In this document: positions 17,453-26,894 of the stretch, piece after piece
How positions within the stretch are numbered: the first letter of the stretch is position 1
Layout: each line of letters opens with the position of its first letter
NCBI GenBank assembly: GCA_030697795.1
Contig: JAUYOV010000001.1
Span: 24,486-88,485, forward strand
Source: a bacterium
GTDB taxonomy: Bacteria > Patescibacteriota > Minisyncoccia > JACQLN01
Direction of reading: 5' to 3'
Length of the DNA: 64,000 nt
Notes under the pieces: generated by a model
Databases searched by the model: none
Seen by the model: only the letters and a program-made list of their open reading frames with translations
What the model was told of the DNA's origin: nothing
Translations under genes and position numbers: made by a program

Positions 17453-19013
17453 AGAAAATTTGTACAAAATTCTGCCGATTGCTGCCTTGCTGGCCTTGGC
17501 TGTTTTTTTTGCTTTTTATTACCCGCCTACTGTCGGCATAGATAATTATTACCACATCAGACACGCTTGGATTTATCAAACTCAAGGAATCTTTAATAGC
17601 GATTTTCCTTGGCTGGAAAATTCCGTTATTGGGAAACTAGGTGGCGATATTTGGTATGGTTTCCATATATTACTTATTCCTTTCACTTTCTTTACAGATC
17701 TTCTTTTGGGAATTAAGCTTGCAACTGTAGCTATTATTTTTTTCGCACTATTTGCAGTTTATTTTATATTTAAAAAATTTAATATTCGCTGGCCATTTCT
17801 ATGGACTATATTTTTCTTTTTTTCTGTACCTGATGTTCATTTTAGATTAATGATGCTTCGCCCACATGTTTTAACCTTGGCTTTATTAGCTATAATATTC
17901 TACTTGTTAGTACAAAAGAAATTTGGTAAATCAATTTTTATTACTTCGGCTCTAGCTTCATTTATACATATTTCTCTTTTATGGTTACCCCTGCTTATAG
18001 CTTTTGTTATTTTTATTTTCCAAAAAATATTCGAAAAGCGTTGGGAAATTAAAAATAATATTTATTTATTCGCTGGTTTAATTTTTGGTGTAATTTTAAG
18101 GCCAAACGCTCTATCTTCCCTAAAACTTGCCTATATTCAGGTTATTCAACTAAGTTTAGAAAAGTTAAATAACGCACCTTTAAGATTTGGCACAGAACTT
18201 CGTCCTGGCAATGATCTAAGTATACTTTTATTCGAAATTTTACCAATATCTTTAATTGTTATAGCAAGCATTGTTAGTTTGGCAATCTTTTTAAGAAAGA
18301 GAAAAATTAGTTTAGAAAATCAAGAAAAAACCGTTATATGGAGTTTAGTTACCTTTTTTATAATCTTTGGCGTATTGTTTTATACTTTTGCCCGCCGTAC
18401 TGCCGATATCTGGGTTTTATTTTCTATATTACTAGCTGCAGTAGCTTTTTCTATGGTTTTAAAAAATAACGAAATATATTTAAAGTTTAAAAAAATATTT
18501 TTAACTATATTTTTTGTGGTAATAATTGGTTTTGGCGCTCAAACATTAAGAATTGTTTCTGGTTACATTTCTGGCTTGCCACCACAAAATATGTTTAAGG
18601 AATCTGCCAACTGGCTCAAAGAAAATAGTGAAAAAGGAGATATTGTTTTTAATACTCGTTGGGATAATTTTTCTTTTATGTTTTTTTGGAACCAACATAA
18701 TCATTTTATAAATGGCATGGATCCAATATTCGAATATTCAAACAATAAAAGCTTATATCTACAGCATTACTTTTTAGAGATAGATAAAATCTTAATGGTG
18801 AATGGCGAAGCCTACACTTGTGGTGCTAACCCTTGCCAAGAAGGTGCTGTAAGCACGGTTTACGATTCGTTAAAAAATAACTTTAAAGCAAAATATATAT
18901 TTGTGGAACCTGCCAGAAATCCTATGCTCTATAAATTTTTAGATTCCAATAAACATTTCGATAAAGTTTTTGATGCTAGAAATAGCTTAGAAATTGTTTT
19001 CAAAGTTTTATGA
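17445..19013 (+). CDS. polytopic membrane protein, putative GT-C-fold glycosyltransferase (paralog 1)
   Basis: 522 aa, ~12 TM segments then a soluble Cys-containing C-terminal domain; D.YYH motif near the N-terminus; paralogous to the next gene. Confidence 0.45.
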   Translation: MNKENLYKILPIAALLALAVFFAFYYPPTVGIDNYYHIRHAWIYQTQGIFNSDFPWLENSVIGKLGGDIWYGFHILLIPFTFFTDLLLGIKLATVAIIFFALFAVYFIFKKFNIRWPFLWTIFFFFSVPDVHFRLMMLRPHVLTLALLAIIFYLLVQKKFGKSIFITSALASFIHISLLWLPLLIAFVIFIFQKIFEKRWEIKNNIYLFAGLIFGVILRPNALSSLKLAYIQVIQLSLEKLNNAPLRFGTELRPGNDLSILLFEILPISLIVIASIVSLAIFLRKRKISLENQEKTVIWSLVTFFIIFGVLFYTFARRTADIWVLFSILLAAVAFSMVLKNNEIYLKFKKIFLTIFFVVIIGFGAQTLRIVSGYISGLPPQNMFKESANWLKENSEKGDIVFNTRWDNFSFMFFWNQHNHFINGMDPIFEYSNNKSLYLQHYFLEIDKILMVNGEAYTCGANPCQEGAVSTVYDSLKNNFKAKYIFVEPARNPMLYKFLDSNKHFDKVFDARNSLEIVFKVL

Positions 19014-20569
19014 AAACTCTAATTCCAGTTTTATTTTTTTTATTACTTTCAATAGTTTTTAATTTTTCCTCACCCAATATCCCCGACCCCGATTCTTTTT
19101 ATCATATTGCGCACGCTAAAATTTACCGCACCGAAGGAATAACTTTTAAAGAATTTCCTTGGACACAGTTTTCGACCATCAAACAATATTCTGCCGACCT
19201 TTGGTATGGTTTTCATATTTTATTGATTCCTTTCTCTTACTTTTCCGGAACACTTGGCATTAAACTTGCTGGGGTTTTGTTAACATTTTTTGTTTTACAC
19301 TCTCTGTTTTTTGTTTTAAAAAAACTGAATGTTGTTTATTCTGGGCTTTGGACATTTCTGGCTTTTGTTTCGGCACCTAACATATTAAACCGCCTGCTTA
19401 TGATGCGGCCGCATCTTTTATCTTTAGCTTTAATCATCTTGATTTTTTATTATCTGACACACCACAAAAATCAAGTAACACATACACTGAGCATACGATC
19501 GTATGCTCAGTGTATGATAATTTTTACCCTTTCATTTTTAGTCTCATGGATACATTTAAGCTTAGTTTGGATTCCCGTGATGGTTTTTGGAATAGTATTT
19601 TTAATTAAACTAATTATCGAGAAAACTTGGTTCTGGCGCGAAGGCTTGGTTTTATTAGCCGGTAGCATAACAGGCTGGTTGGCTAGGCCAAACCCTATTG
19701 GAGCCATAAAACTTGCCTACATTCAAGTGATAGAGCTTATGCTTCAAAAACAACAAGAAGTTACACTTCTTTTTGGGCGAGAAATCTTTCCTTTAGCACT
19801 CCAGACTCTTTTCCAAAACTTCTCTGCATTTGTGATTCTATGGTTTTTTGCCATAGTGGTTTTAATCTTGCTGATCAAAAAACATACCAACATACTTGAG
19901 AATGTTGGTATGTTATCTTCGGGCATAATATCTATAATATTTTTTATCTTAACTTTAACCACCGCTCGCCGTTCGCACGATATCTGGATTCCTTTTGGCA
20001 TAATTTTTATTGCGTTAGTGTTAAGCGAAGCACTTAAACTAAATAAAAAAAATAGTTTATATTACATAACTATTTTTATAACAGGCTTAGTCACAATATT
20101 TTTAACAATTTATACTCCCTATAAAAATAGTACTAGCTTAAAAGAAAACGCTATAAAACCAACTAAATTCAAAGAAGCGGCACTATGGCTAAAAGAAAAT
20201 TCCCAACCAAAAGATATTGTTTTTAATGTACGCTGGAGCGATTTTCCCATGCTTTTTTATTGGAACAATAAAAATTATTATATTGGGGGTATGGATCCTA
20301 TATTCCAATATTCTTTTGATAAAAATCTCTATTGGAAATTTCACTATATTTCGGTAGACGAAGTCACTAAATATACTTGTGCCACCCCTGCTTGCACCAA
20401 AGAGATGCTTGTAGATACCTATACAGTTTTAAAAAACGATTTTAAGGCCAAGTATGTATTTTTAGAAAAACAAAGAAACCCGCTTTTTTATTATTATCTA
20501 GAATCAACTCCAAAACACTACGCCAAGAAAATAGATACCTTAGCCGAAGCGGTTTATGAAATAAAATAA
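19010..20569 (+). CDS. polytopic membrane protein, putative GT-C-fold glycosyltransferase (paralog 2) with two in-frame repeat insertions
   Basis: 519 aa, same architecture as paralog 1; contains the 36-bp palindrome at 19481..19516 and a module-A hairpin copy at 19881..19917, both in-frame. Confidence 0.45.
   Translation: MKTLIPVLFFLLLSIVFNFSSPNIPDPDSFYHIAHAKIYRTEGITFKEFPWTQFSTIKQYSADLWYGFHILLIPFSYFSGTLGIKLAGVLLTFFVLHSLFFVLKKLNVVYSGLWTFLAFVSAPNILNRLLMMRPHLLSLALIILIFYYLTHHKNQVTHTLSIRSYAQCMIIFTLSFLVSWIHLSLVWIPVMVFGIVFLIKLIIEKTWFWREGLVLLAGSITGWLARPNPIGAIKLAYIQVIELMLQKQQEVTLLFGREIFPLALQTLFQNFSAFVILWFFAIVVLILLIKKHTNILENVGMLSSGIISIIFFILTLTTARRSHDIWIPFGIIFIALVLSEALKLNKKNSLYYITIFITGLVTIFLTIYTPYKNSTSLKENAIKPTKFKEAALWLKENSQPKDIVFNVRWSDFPMLFYWNNKNYYIGGMDPIFQYSFDKNLYWKFHYISVDEVTKYTCATPACTKEMLVDTYTVLKNDFKAKYVFLEKQRNPLFYYYLESTPKHYAKKIDTLAEAVYEIK
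19481..19516. repeat. 36-bp perfect palindrome centred on CGATCG, intragenic and in-frame (family member 2)
   Basis: catacactgagcatacgatcgtatgctcagtgtatg; each half is related to the 17235 palindrome (cacgagcttg|CGATCG vs cactgagcata|CGATCG); encodes about 12 aa extra relative to paralog 1. Confidence 0.85.
19881..19917. repeat. module-A hairpin repeat copy inside a coding sequence
   Basis: aacataccaacatacttgagaatgttggtatgttatc, ~30/34 identical to intergenic module A; encodes NILENVGML. Confidence 0.6.
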
Positions 20570-20617
20570 AAAGTCGAAGTGTTTTTGTTTACTTCGACTT
20601 TTGTTAAGATCGACCAA

Positions 20618-21568
20618 TTAAGCAGTTTTTATAAACTTCTCATACACCATTTTGGCGGCATTAACATCTTGAACAGCAAGGCCAGTAAAATAAGCTACTT
20701 TAACTCCATCGCCGAGTTCTAATCTGCCCAATGAAGCATCACCTATATTGGCTACGCGATTATCTATTCTTGCAAAGTTTATATCTTGATAATAACCCTC
20801 GGTCAAAGCCTGTTTAAACTCACCACTTTTTTTACATTGTTCTTCGTTATCTGGAATAACAATTGCCCGTATCATTATTTCTTTATCAAGCTGAGTCGTG
20901 CGAGAATCGCCACCCATAACTGATATAAAAACCCCTGCTGGCAAATCTTTAAAAAACAATATCGGCTCCGGTGTAGGCACAGCGCTCAAAATCGCTTGAG
21001 TATCGACTAGAGCAGAAGCGATTGAATCATGTAGTATAATATTATCGAACACCGAGTGTTTGATAATTTCTTGCTTAAATTTTTCTCTATTTTCAGCGTT
21101 GCGACTATGAACATTTATAGTAGTTACCCCTAATTCAGCAAGGCACAAAGCAACGGCTTTGGAAATTTTTCCCGTACCTAATATGGCAACAGATTTAACT
21201 TGTGGAGCAAAATATTTTAAACCAAGCGCGCCAGCCGCGCCAGTTCGCATATTGGTTATATATTCAGCATCCATCTCAATCGCGTTTGACGCGACTTCAT
21301 TATTTTCAGGCTGGATTTTTATAACCGCGCTCCTTTGACCTAACTTGCCTTGAGATTCGGATGGCAACTCTTCTATAAATTTATATCCTGTATAGCCCGG
21401 TATACTCGCTGGCATTTTTAGAGTAAACCGACCCAGTGCATCTACATTTTGCTCGCGGGGCGGCATAGTGGCTAGGCCTTGCCCATACAATCTAAAAACT
21501 TCATCGCAATTAGCCAAAAAATCTGCCGCAGAAAAATTACTTTCTATAAAATCTGTTGGGATTTTCAT
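20618..21568 (-). CDS. ornithine cyclodeaminase/mu-crystallin family protein
   Basis: 316 aa; Rossmann segment ILGTGKISKAVALCLAELG and overall OCD-family layout. Confidence 0.6.
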   Translation of the reverse strand: MKIPTDFIESNFSAADFLANCDEVFRLYGQGLATMPPREQNVDALGRFTLKMPASIPGYTGYKFIEELPSESQGKLGQRSAVIKIQPENNEVASNAIEMDAEYITNMRTGAAGALGLKYFAPQVKSVAILGTGKISKAVALCLAELGVTTINVHSRNAENREKFKQEIIKHSVFDNIILHDSIASALVDTQAILSAVPTPEPILFFKDLPAGVFISVMGGDSRTTQLDKEIMIRAIVIPDNEEQCKKSGEFKQALTEGYYQDINFARIDNRVANIGDASLGRLELGDGVKVAYFTGLAVQDVNAAKMVYEKFIKTA

Positions 21569-21623
21569 TTTCCTCCTTTGGCTATTTTAAGCAATTTTTT
21601 AGATAAATAAAAGAACTACAGAA

Positions 21624-22235
21624 TTACTGATTAACTGGCGGGGGAAGTCTTTTTTTAAAAACAATATATTTCATACCCAAAAAATTCCAAGTTAAAACTA
21701 AAAATACCGAACTTAAGGCGGCAATATTATCCCAAAGTTTTGCCGAAATGCCTTCGGGCGCGCCTATCACGTCTACCATATAAGAAGCCCAGCCGACATT
21801 TAACAAAGCGCTACCAGAAACTACCACAAGAAACAAAAAGAAATTGCCTTGCTTTTGAAATGTCCAGTTTTTATTCCAAATAAAGCTATTTACCACGGCA
21901 CAAGTAAAAGATATTGCCTTAAAAATAGCAAAATAAAGCCCATGCGTAATGTTTGTTATGTAAATTAAAAAATTCAAAACCCCTAAATCTAAAAATGTGT
22001 TAGATAAACCCACTACAAAGAATTTTCCAAACTGATACACAAAAGGCCTCCAGATTTGAGATATTTTATAAGTTGCATATAGCCCCAGCACCGACAGGGG
22101 CGATATAATAACCGGCAACAAATATTTATTTATTGGTAATTTAAAATCTAAATTCTTAATAACTACCAACAACATTATAGAAACAAAAAAACCTAGAAAC
22201 AGCGCCTTTAAAGCGTCTTTTTTTGTAAAAATCAT
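21624..22235 (-). CDS. GtrA-like membrane protein
   Basis: 203 aa, multiple TM; FGKFFVVGLSNTFLDLGVLNFL and FLGMKYIVFKK resemble the GtrA family. Confidence 0.55.
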   Translation of the reverse strand: MIFTKKDALKALFLGFFVSIMLLVVIKNLDFKLPINKYLLPVIISPLSVLGLYATYKISQIWRPFVYQFGKFFVVGLSNTFLDLGVLNFLIYITNITHGLYFAIFKAISFTCAVVNSFIWNKNWTFQKQGNFFLFLVVVSGSALLNVGWASYMVDVIGAPEGISAKLWDNIAALSSVFLVLTWNFLGMKYIVFKKRLPPPVNQ

Positions 22236-22345
22236 ATACTTTTCGCTAATATACGAATTAACACGAATATGGCTAATAAGAATTTACATCAAATCTAAAA
22301 CCATTCACTATATTAGCGCTGATTAGCTATATTCGCGAGAACTCT
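22236..22345. promoter_or_regulatory. conserved ~100-bp upstream leader element with dyad symmetry (copy B)
   Basis: ttttcgctaatatacgaat...cgaatat..ctaataag...tatattagcg..agctatattcgcgag; homologous to 24798..24900 and 53230..53325, each directly upstream of a minus-strand start codon. Confidence 0.5.
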
Positions 22346-24797
22346 AAAGATTAAACTTTGGTTCGTTGGGTTGAAGCTGGGGTTGAGCCTGTTCTAAAGA
22401 TGGCCCCAACCTAGCTCGCGCCAATATTTCCTGTTCTACCACCTCCCTTTCTTTACCATAAGTCATACGCGACAAATTCTTAACAACTTTTATAGTTTCA
22501 GCATTGCCCTGAACCGGCGGATAAGTTTTTAAATTAAACGGCCTCGATGTTTGCCCTTTAAACATAAGTTTAACATAGGCATTATGATTATCTAAATTTA
22601 TTAAATCGCGCTCATTAAAAAGTGGAGCCAACTGCGGTTTTAAAAATTCTGCATCTTCCACACCAATCCTAAACATAATCATGGTGCCGACGTTGCCAAA
22701 AACCGCAGCCTTAATTTTATCGGTCAGCTGGGCAATATACTGATGCGCCATTACCATGCTTAAGCGATATTTTCTGGCTTCGGAAAGAATAGTGGCTATA
22801 GAATCGGTAGTAAAATTTTGGAATTCATCTAAGTATAAATAAAAATCCACTCTTTCCGATTCGCTAATATACGCGCGTCTCATAGCATTTAACTGCAACT
22901 TGCCCACAATCATTAAACCTAAAAGATTAGCATTAACGTCGCCGACTTTGCCTTTAGAAAGATTGGCCAAAAGTATTTTTTTCTCGTTCATTATTTGGGC
23001 AAAATTTATGCCAGATTTTGTTTGGCCAATAATATTTCGCATCATGCCATTTTCTATAAACCGGCCCACTTTGGAAACCAAATAACCCAACATTTCCGAT
23101 TTATGAAAATCGCTGGTTTGAGCCATTTCTTTTTCCCAGAAAGATTTAACTATGGGATCGGTGACTTTGGCTACTTTATTTTTTTGAAATTCTTTATCGG
23201 TAAAAATTCTTGGAATTTCCACCAAAGTGCCGGGGTCAGCCTCGTCGGCCATCAGCGTAAGCATGGCATTTCGCATATTATGTTCAAACATCGGCCCCAT
23301 AGTTTCGGGCGGAAATAACTTGTAAAAGATCGACATCATTTCCTGAACCACAAAATCTCTTTCTTCGGTGCTGGCCGCTTCCAGCATATTTATGCCAATC
23401 GGGCGTTCTATATCGGAAGGATCAAACAAAATTACATCTTTCCATCTGTGTTGTGGAATATGCGATAAAGTATATTCAACTAAATCACCGTGCGGATCCA
23501 ACACCGCAATACCATTACCCATTTCTACATCTTGGCGGATCATTTCTTGCAACAAAGTAGATTTACCGGTTCCGGTTTGACCAATAATATAAGAGTGTCT
23601 TCTACGATCGTCTGGAGCAATCCTGACAATAGTTTGCTCTGAACGAAATTCATTCCAGCCCAAATACGGCCCATCATTCATGCCCCAAGGCGCAGGCGCC
23701 GAACGGGCTTTCAACCATTTAATTTTTGGCACTCTAATACCTTGATGAGGCAGGTGATAGATGCTGGCCAGTTCTTCGGAACTTAAAATTATTTTTTTAT
23801 TTTCATCAAAAAGCCTAAAGCTAAATTCAAAAATAATATTTTTCTTTTTTTCTCTGCTTTCTGAAAAATCATTTAAATTAGGAAAATTAAACTGATTAAA
23901 AGAAGTTTCAAAATCTTTTAATATGAGTTCGGCCCGTTCTTCGGTTGGGGCCGAAGCTACTAAACGAATATTAACCTCAAAATTAGGCTTAGCGGCATGG
24001 TTTTCTATGCCTTTTATAATTTCTTGATCTTGGGGAGTTAAAACAGGATTAGCCTTTTCTGCTTTTACCTTAAACGGAGCCAGCCACGATTTTTTAACCA
24101 AATGAAAGGCTTTATCGAAAGAATAGCCCTCCTGCATTTTTTTAGTAATTTTAAAAGCTGTTTTATTAAACTTTTTAGGAGATGGCCGCATTAAAATCTG
24201 CATGACCGCGCCTTCGTTATCTATTAGTTTTGAAAAATGCGTAGCAATTTCATTTAAAGGATCAACTTCTAAATCTTGATATGTTTTTATAGGTAAAAAA
24301 GAACTGCGACGCGTTCTTAAATAAGAAGCGGCTACCCCGCCACCCTGCTCTGGTATAAAAATATTATAGTCGGGCGCGGGTTCAACCACAGCTTCCGAAG
24401 AAACAGAATGCACCGCCCTTACCAACATATCTTTATATCTAGCAGGCACAGAAACATAAAACCTAATTTCATTTTTTATATAGGCAATTTCCCAAACCAA
24501 ATAGGGCTGGCCAAATTCAAAAATTCTCCATGAGCCTTTTTCCATCATAGAAGCAAACACAGAATAGAGCTGTTCCATAGGCTGAGTTCTTTCTTTGTCT
24601 GTTTTAGGTTTTTGCCCAGGCTCTAAATATTCATCTTGGGGAATCAAAATTAAAAAAAGCTCCATATTAAGCCCGCGAGCTACCCGCCCGCGATTCTTAA
24701 TGGAGCCAACAACCAGATAAAAAACAATAAGCCCGGCTAAAAATAAGCCGAACAATAAACCAACGCTAGGGAAAAAACCCAATAAAATCTCAGACAT
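22344..24797 (-). CDS. VirB4/TrbE-like (DUF87/HerA-FtsK superfamily) type IV secretion ATPase
   Basis: 817 aa; N-terminal TM segment; Walker A IIGQTGTGKST, Walker B-like LYLDEFQNF; C-terminal SMVMAHQY segment. Confidence 0.55.
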   Translation of the reverse strand: MSEILLGFFPSVGLLFGLFLAGLIVFYLVVGSIKNRGRVARGLNMELFLILIPQDEYLEPGQKPKTDKERTQPMEQLYSVFASMMEKGSWRIFEFGQPYLVWEIAYIKNEIRFYVSVPARYKDMLVRAVHSVSSEAVVEPAPDYNIFIPEQGGGVAASYLRTRRSSFLPIKTYQDLEVDPLNEIATHFSKLIDNEGAVMQILMRPSPKKFNKTAFKITKKMQEGYSFDKAFHLVKKSWLAPFKVKAEKANPVLTPQDQEIIKGIENHAAKPNFEVNIRLVASAPTEERAELILKDFETSFNQFNFPNLNDFSESREKKKNIIFEFSFRLFDENKKIILSSEELASIYHLPHQGIRVPKIKWLKARSAPAPWGMNDGPYLGWNEFRSEQTIVRIAPDDRRRHSYIIGQTGTGKSTLLQEMIRQDVEMGNGIAVLDPHGDLVEYTLSHIPQHRWKDVILFDPSDIERPIGINMLEAASTEERDFVVQEMMSIFYKLFPPETMGPMFEHNMRNAMLTLMADEADPGTLVEIPRIFTDKEFQKNKVAKVTDPIVKSFWEKEMAQTSDFHKSEMLGYLVSKVGRFIENGMMRNIIGQTKSGINFAQIMNEKKILLANLSKGKVGDVNANLLGLMIVGKLQLNAMRRAYISESERVDFYLYLDEFQNFTTDSIATILSEARKYRLSMVMAHQYIAQLTDKIKAAVFGNVGTMIMFRIGVEDAEFLKPQLAPLFNERDLINLDNHNAYVKLMFKGQTSRPFNLKTYPPVQGNAETIKVVKNLSRMTYGKEREVVEQEILARARLGPSLEQAQPQLQPNEPKFNL

Positions 24798-24900
24798 TAG
24801 TTTTCGCTAATATACAAATCTACGCGAATATACTAATAAGGCATATAAATTCTGATCTGATTCGCCATATTAGTATTAATTAGCTATATTGGCGAGAGTT
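24798..24900. promoter_or_regulatory. conserved ~100-bp upstream leader element (copy A)
   Basis: ttttcgctaatatacaaatctacgcgaatatactaataag...ttcgccatattagtat...agctatattggcgag. Confidence 0.5.
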
Positions 24901-25333
24901 ATAGTTTTTCTATTTTGCCCAATTCTTCTAGCTTCATTCTAAAATCTGGATCGTCTTTCAATTCATCGTGAAATTTATCTTCCAACCAAGGATCATTCAT
25001 ATTCTTAACCATACGAATAGCCTTTTCCAAACTAGTTTTTTGAGCTACTTCTTTTAAATGCACCAATTTTTCTTCTTGGGGTAAATGCGCTACATCTAAA
25101 ACTTCTTGCTGTATTTCTTCATCCAATAAAACTTCCTCTTGCACTTCTGCGGCATCAGTATTTTGATCGTCTGCCACCTGAGGTTGAGCAGTTGGAAGTT
25201 CTCCAGATTCCTGTGCTGAAATTTCTGGCGCAACCTGTGCCTCAATATTTTCTTGGGGCAACAAAACCTCGGGCGCGACTTCTGTTTCTGAAGCTTCTGG
25301 GTTTAATATGTTTTCTTTAGAAATTTCGTCCAT
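24899..25333 (-). CDS. acidic hypothetical protein
   Basis: 144 aa, very E/D/Q-rich low-complexity N-terminal two-thirds. Confidence 0.3.
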   Translation of the reverse strand: MDEISKENILNPEASETEVAPEVLLPQENIEAQVAPEISAQESGELPTAQPQVADDQNTDAAEVQEEVLLDEEIQQEVLDVAHLPQEEKLVHLKEVAQKTSLEKAIRMVKNMNDPWLEDKFHDELKDDPDFRMKLEELGKIEKL

Positions 25334-25370
25334 AAGATGATATTATTATAGCATATATCTAAACCTTTAA

Positions 25371-26894
25371 ATGAAGAAAATAACCTTTTTGACTTTGTTA
25401 GGTATTTTAGCTGTTTCTGTTTTTTTTAGATTTTATCAAATCAAAGAAACTCCATCGGGTTTATACCCCGACGAAGCAGTTAATGGTGTAAATGCCTTAG
25501 AGGCTTTAGCCTATAAAGATTGGAAAATTTTTTATCCCGAAAACTATGGCCGAGAAGGCTTATTTATAAACCTTCAATCCATAAGCGTTAACCATTTTGG
25601 TGCTTACCCTTGGGCTTTAAGAATAGTTTCGGGAATATTTGGCGTTCTTACCGTTTTAGGCTTGTTTTTACTAACTCGAGTTTTATGGGGCGATCGCATA
25701 GCTTTGCTTTCTAGCTATATGATGGCGATAAGTTTTTGGGCGGTTAATTTTTCGCGCATAGGTTTTCGGGCAATTATGCTACCGTTTGTTTTAGTCTGGG
25801 CTTTTTATTTCTTTTGGTCTGGAATTTTAAAACAAAATCGATATTTAATTATTGTTTCAGGCTTAATTTACGGTTTAGGCTTTCATACATATATTTCTTG
25901 GCGATTATCTCCCCTTCTTATACTTTTAGTTTTTTTAATGCTTCTTGTTAAAAAGGATTACAACAAAAAGTTTATTTTAAAATCTGTTTTATGGTTTTCT
26001 ATAGCAGGCTTTATAGTGATGTCTCCCCTCGCTTTATACTACTTTAATAATATTCCCGACTTTTTTGGCCGGGCCGGTGATGTTTCTATTTTTAAAACTG
26101 CCTCACCCGCAAAGGCTTTCGCTGAATCTGCAGTAAAAACATTGGGTATGTTTAATATTTACGGCGACGCTAACTGGCGACACAATCTTTCCACTAGGCC
26201 TGAACTTTTTTGGCCTTTTGGCCTAGGTTTTATTATTGGCCTTGCTTCTGTATTAAGACGTTTTACCTCGGATAGAAATTTCTTTTTAATTTCTTGGTTT
26301 TTTGTAATGTTATTGCCCAATTTTCTTGCACCCGAAGGTGCGCCCCACGCCTTGCGTGCTTTAGGCGCCATGCCGGCTGTATTTATTATGTCGGCTATAG
26401 GCTTAAATAATTTTTATAATTGGGCTCAAAATAAATTAGATCACAATTCAAAAAACATAAAGCGCATTAAAAAAGAATTTACTTACTTATGTTTACTAAG
26501 TTTGATTTTATGTGGCGTTTGGGAATTTAGAACTTACTTTGTTGTTTGGGCCAACAAAATGCAGGTTATAACTAGTTTCGAAACTCGCTTAACCCATATT
26601 GCCAATTACTTAAATGGTCTAGACTCTAAAACTCAAAAATATGTAGTAGTTAACGAAACTGGCTCTATAATAAAAGGCGTTTCTATACAGGCTCAACCTA
26701 TAATGTTTTTGGCGCACAAACAAAATATAAAATACCTAAACACAACCGAAATTGATTCTATCCCCTTAAATTTAACCGATGCGACTATCGTTTTAACAAA
26801 ATACGACCCAGAATTATTCCAAAAAATAATGGCCAAATATCCCAAGGCGCACGAAGCTAACTTGATAACATTTAAAGCGATACGAATACAATGA
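25371..26894 (+). CDS. GT39/PMT/ArnT-like membrane glycosyltransferase
   Basis: 507 aa polytopic; first periplasmic loop has YPDEA (DE motif of GT-C PMT/ArnT-type transferases). Confidence 0.65.
   Translation: MKKITFLTLLGILAVSVFFRFYQIKETPSGLYPDEAVNGVNALEALAYKDWKIFYPENYGREGLFINLQSISVNHFGAYPWALRIVSGIFGVLTVLGLFLLTRVLWGDRIALLSSYMMAISFWAVNFSRIGFRAIMLPFVLVWAFYFFWSGILKQNRYLIIVSGLIYGLGFHTYISWRLSPLLILLVFLMLLVKKDYNKKFILKSVLWFSIAGFIVMSPLALYYFNNIPDFFGRAGDVSIFKTASPAKAFAESAVKTLGMFNIYGDANWRHNLSTRPELFWPFGLGFIIGLASVLRRFTSDRNFFLISWFFVMLLPNFLAPEGAPHALRALGAMPAVFIMSAIGLNNFYNWAQNKLDHNSKNIKRIKKEFTYLCLLSLILCGVWEFRTYFVVWANKMQVITSFETRLTHIANYLNGLDSKTQKYVVVNETGSIIKGVSIQAQPIMFLAHKQNIKYLNTTEIDSIPLNLTDATIVLTKYDPELFQKIMAKYPKAHEANLITFKAIRIQ

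Noticed and set aside
25685-25700. HIP1-like GCGATCGC octamer inside the GT39 gene as another palindromic-element copy
   Set aside because: The flanks are not palindromic, so it is likely a chance occurrence of the octamer
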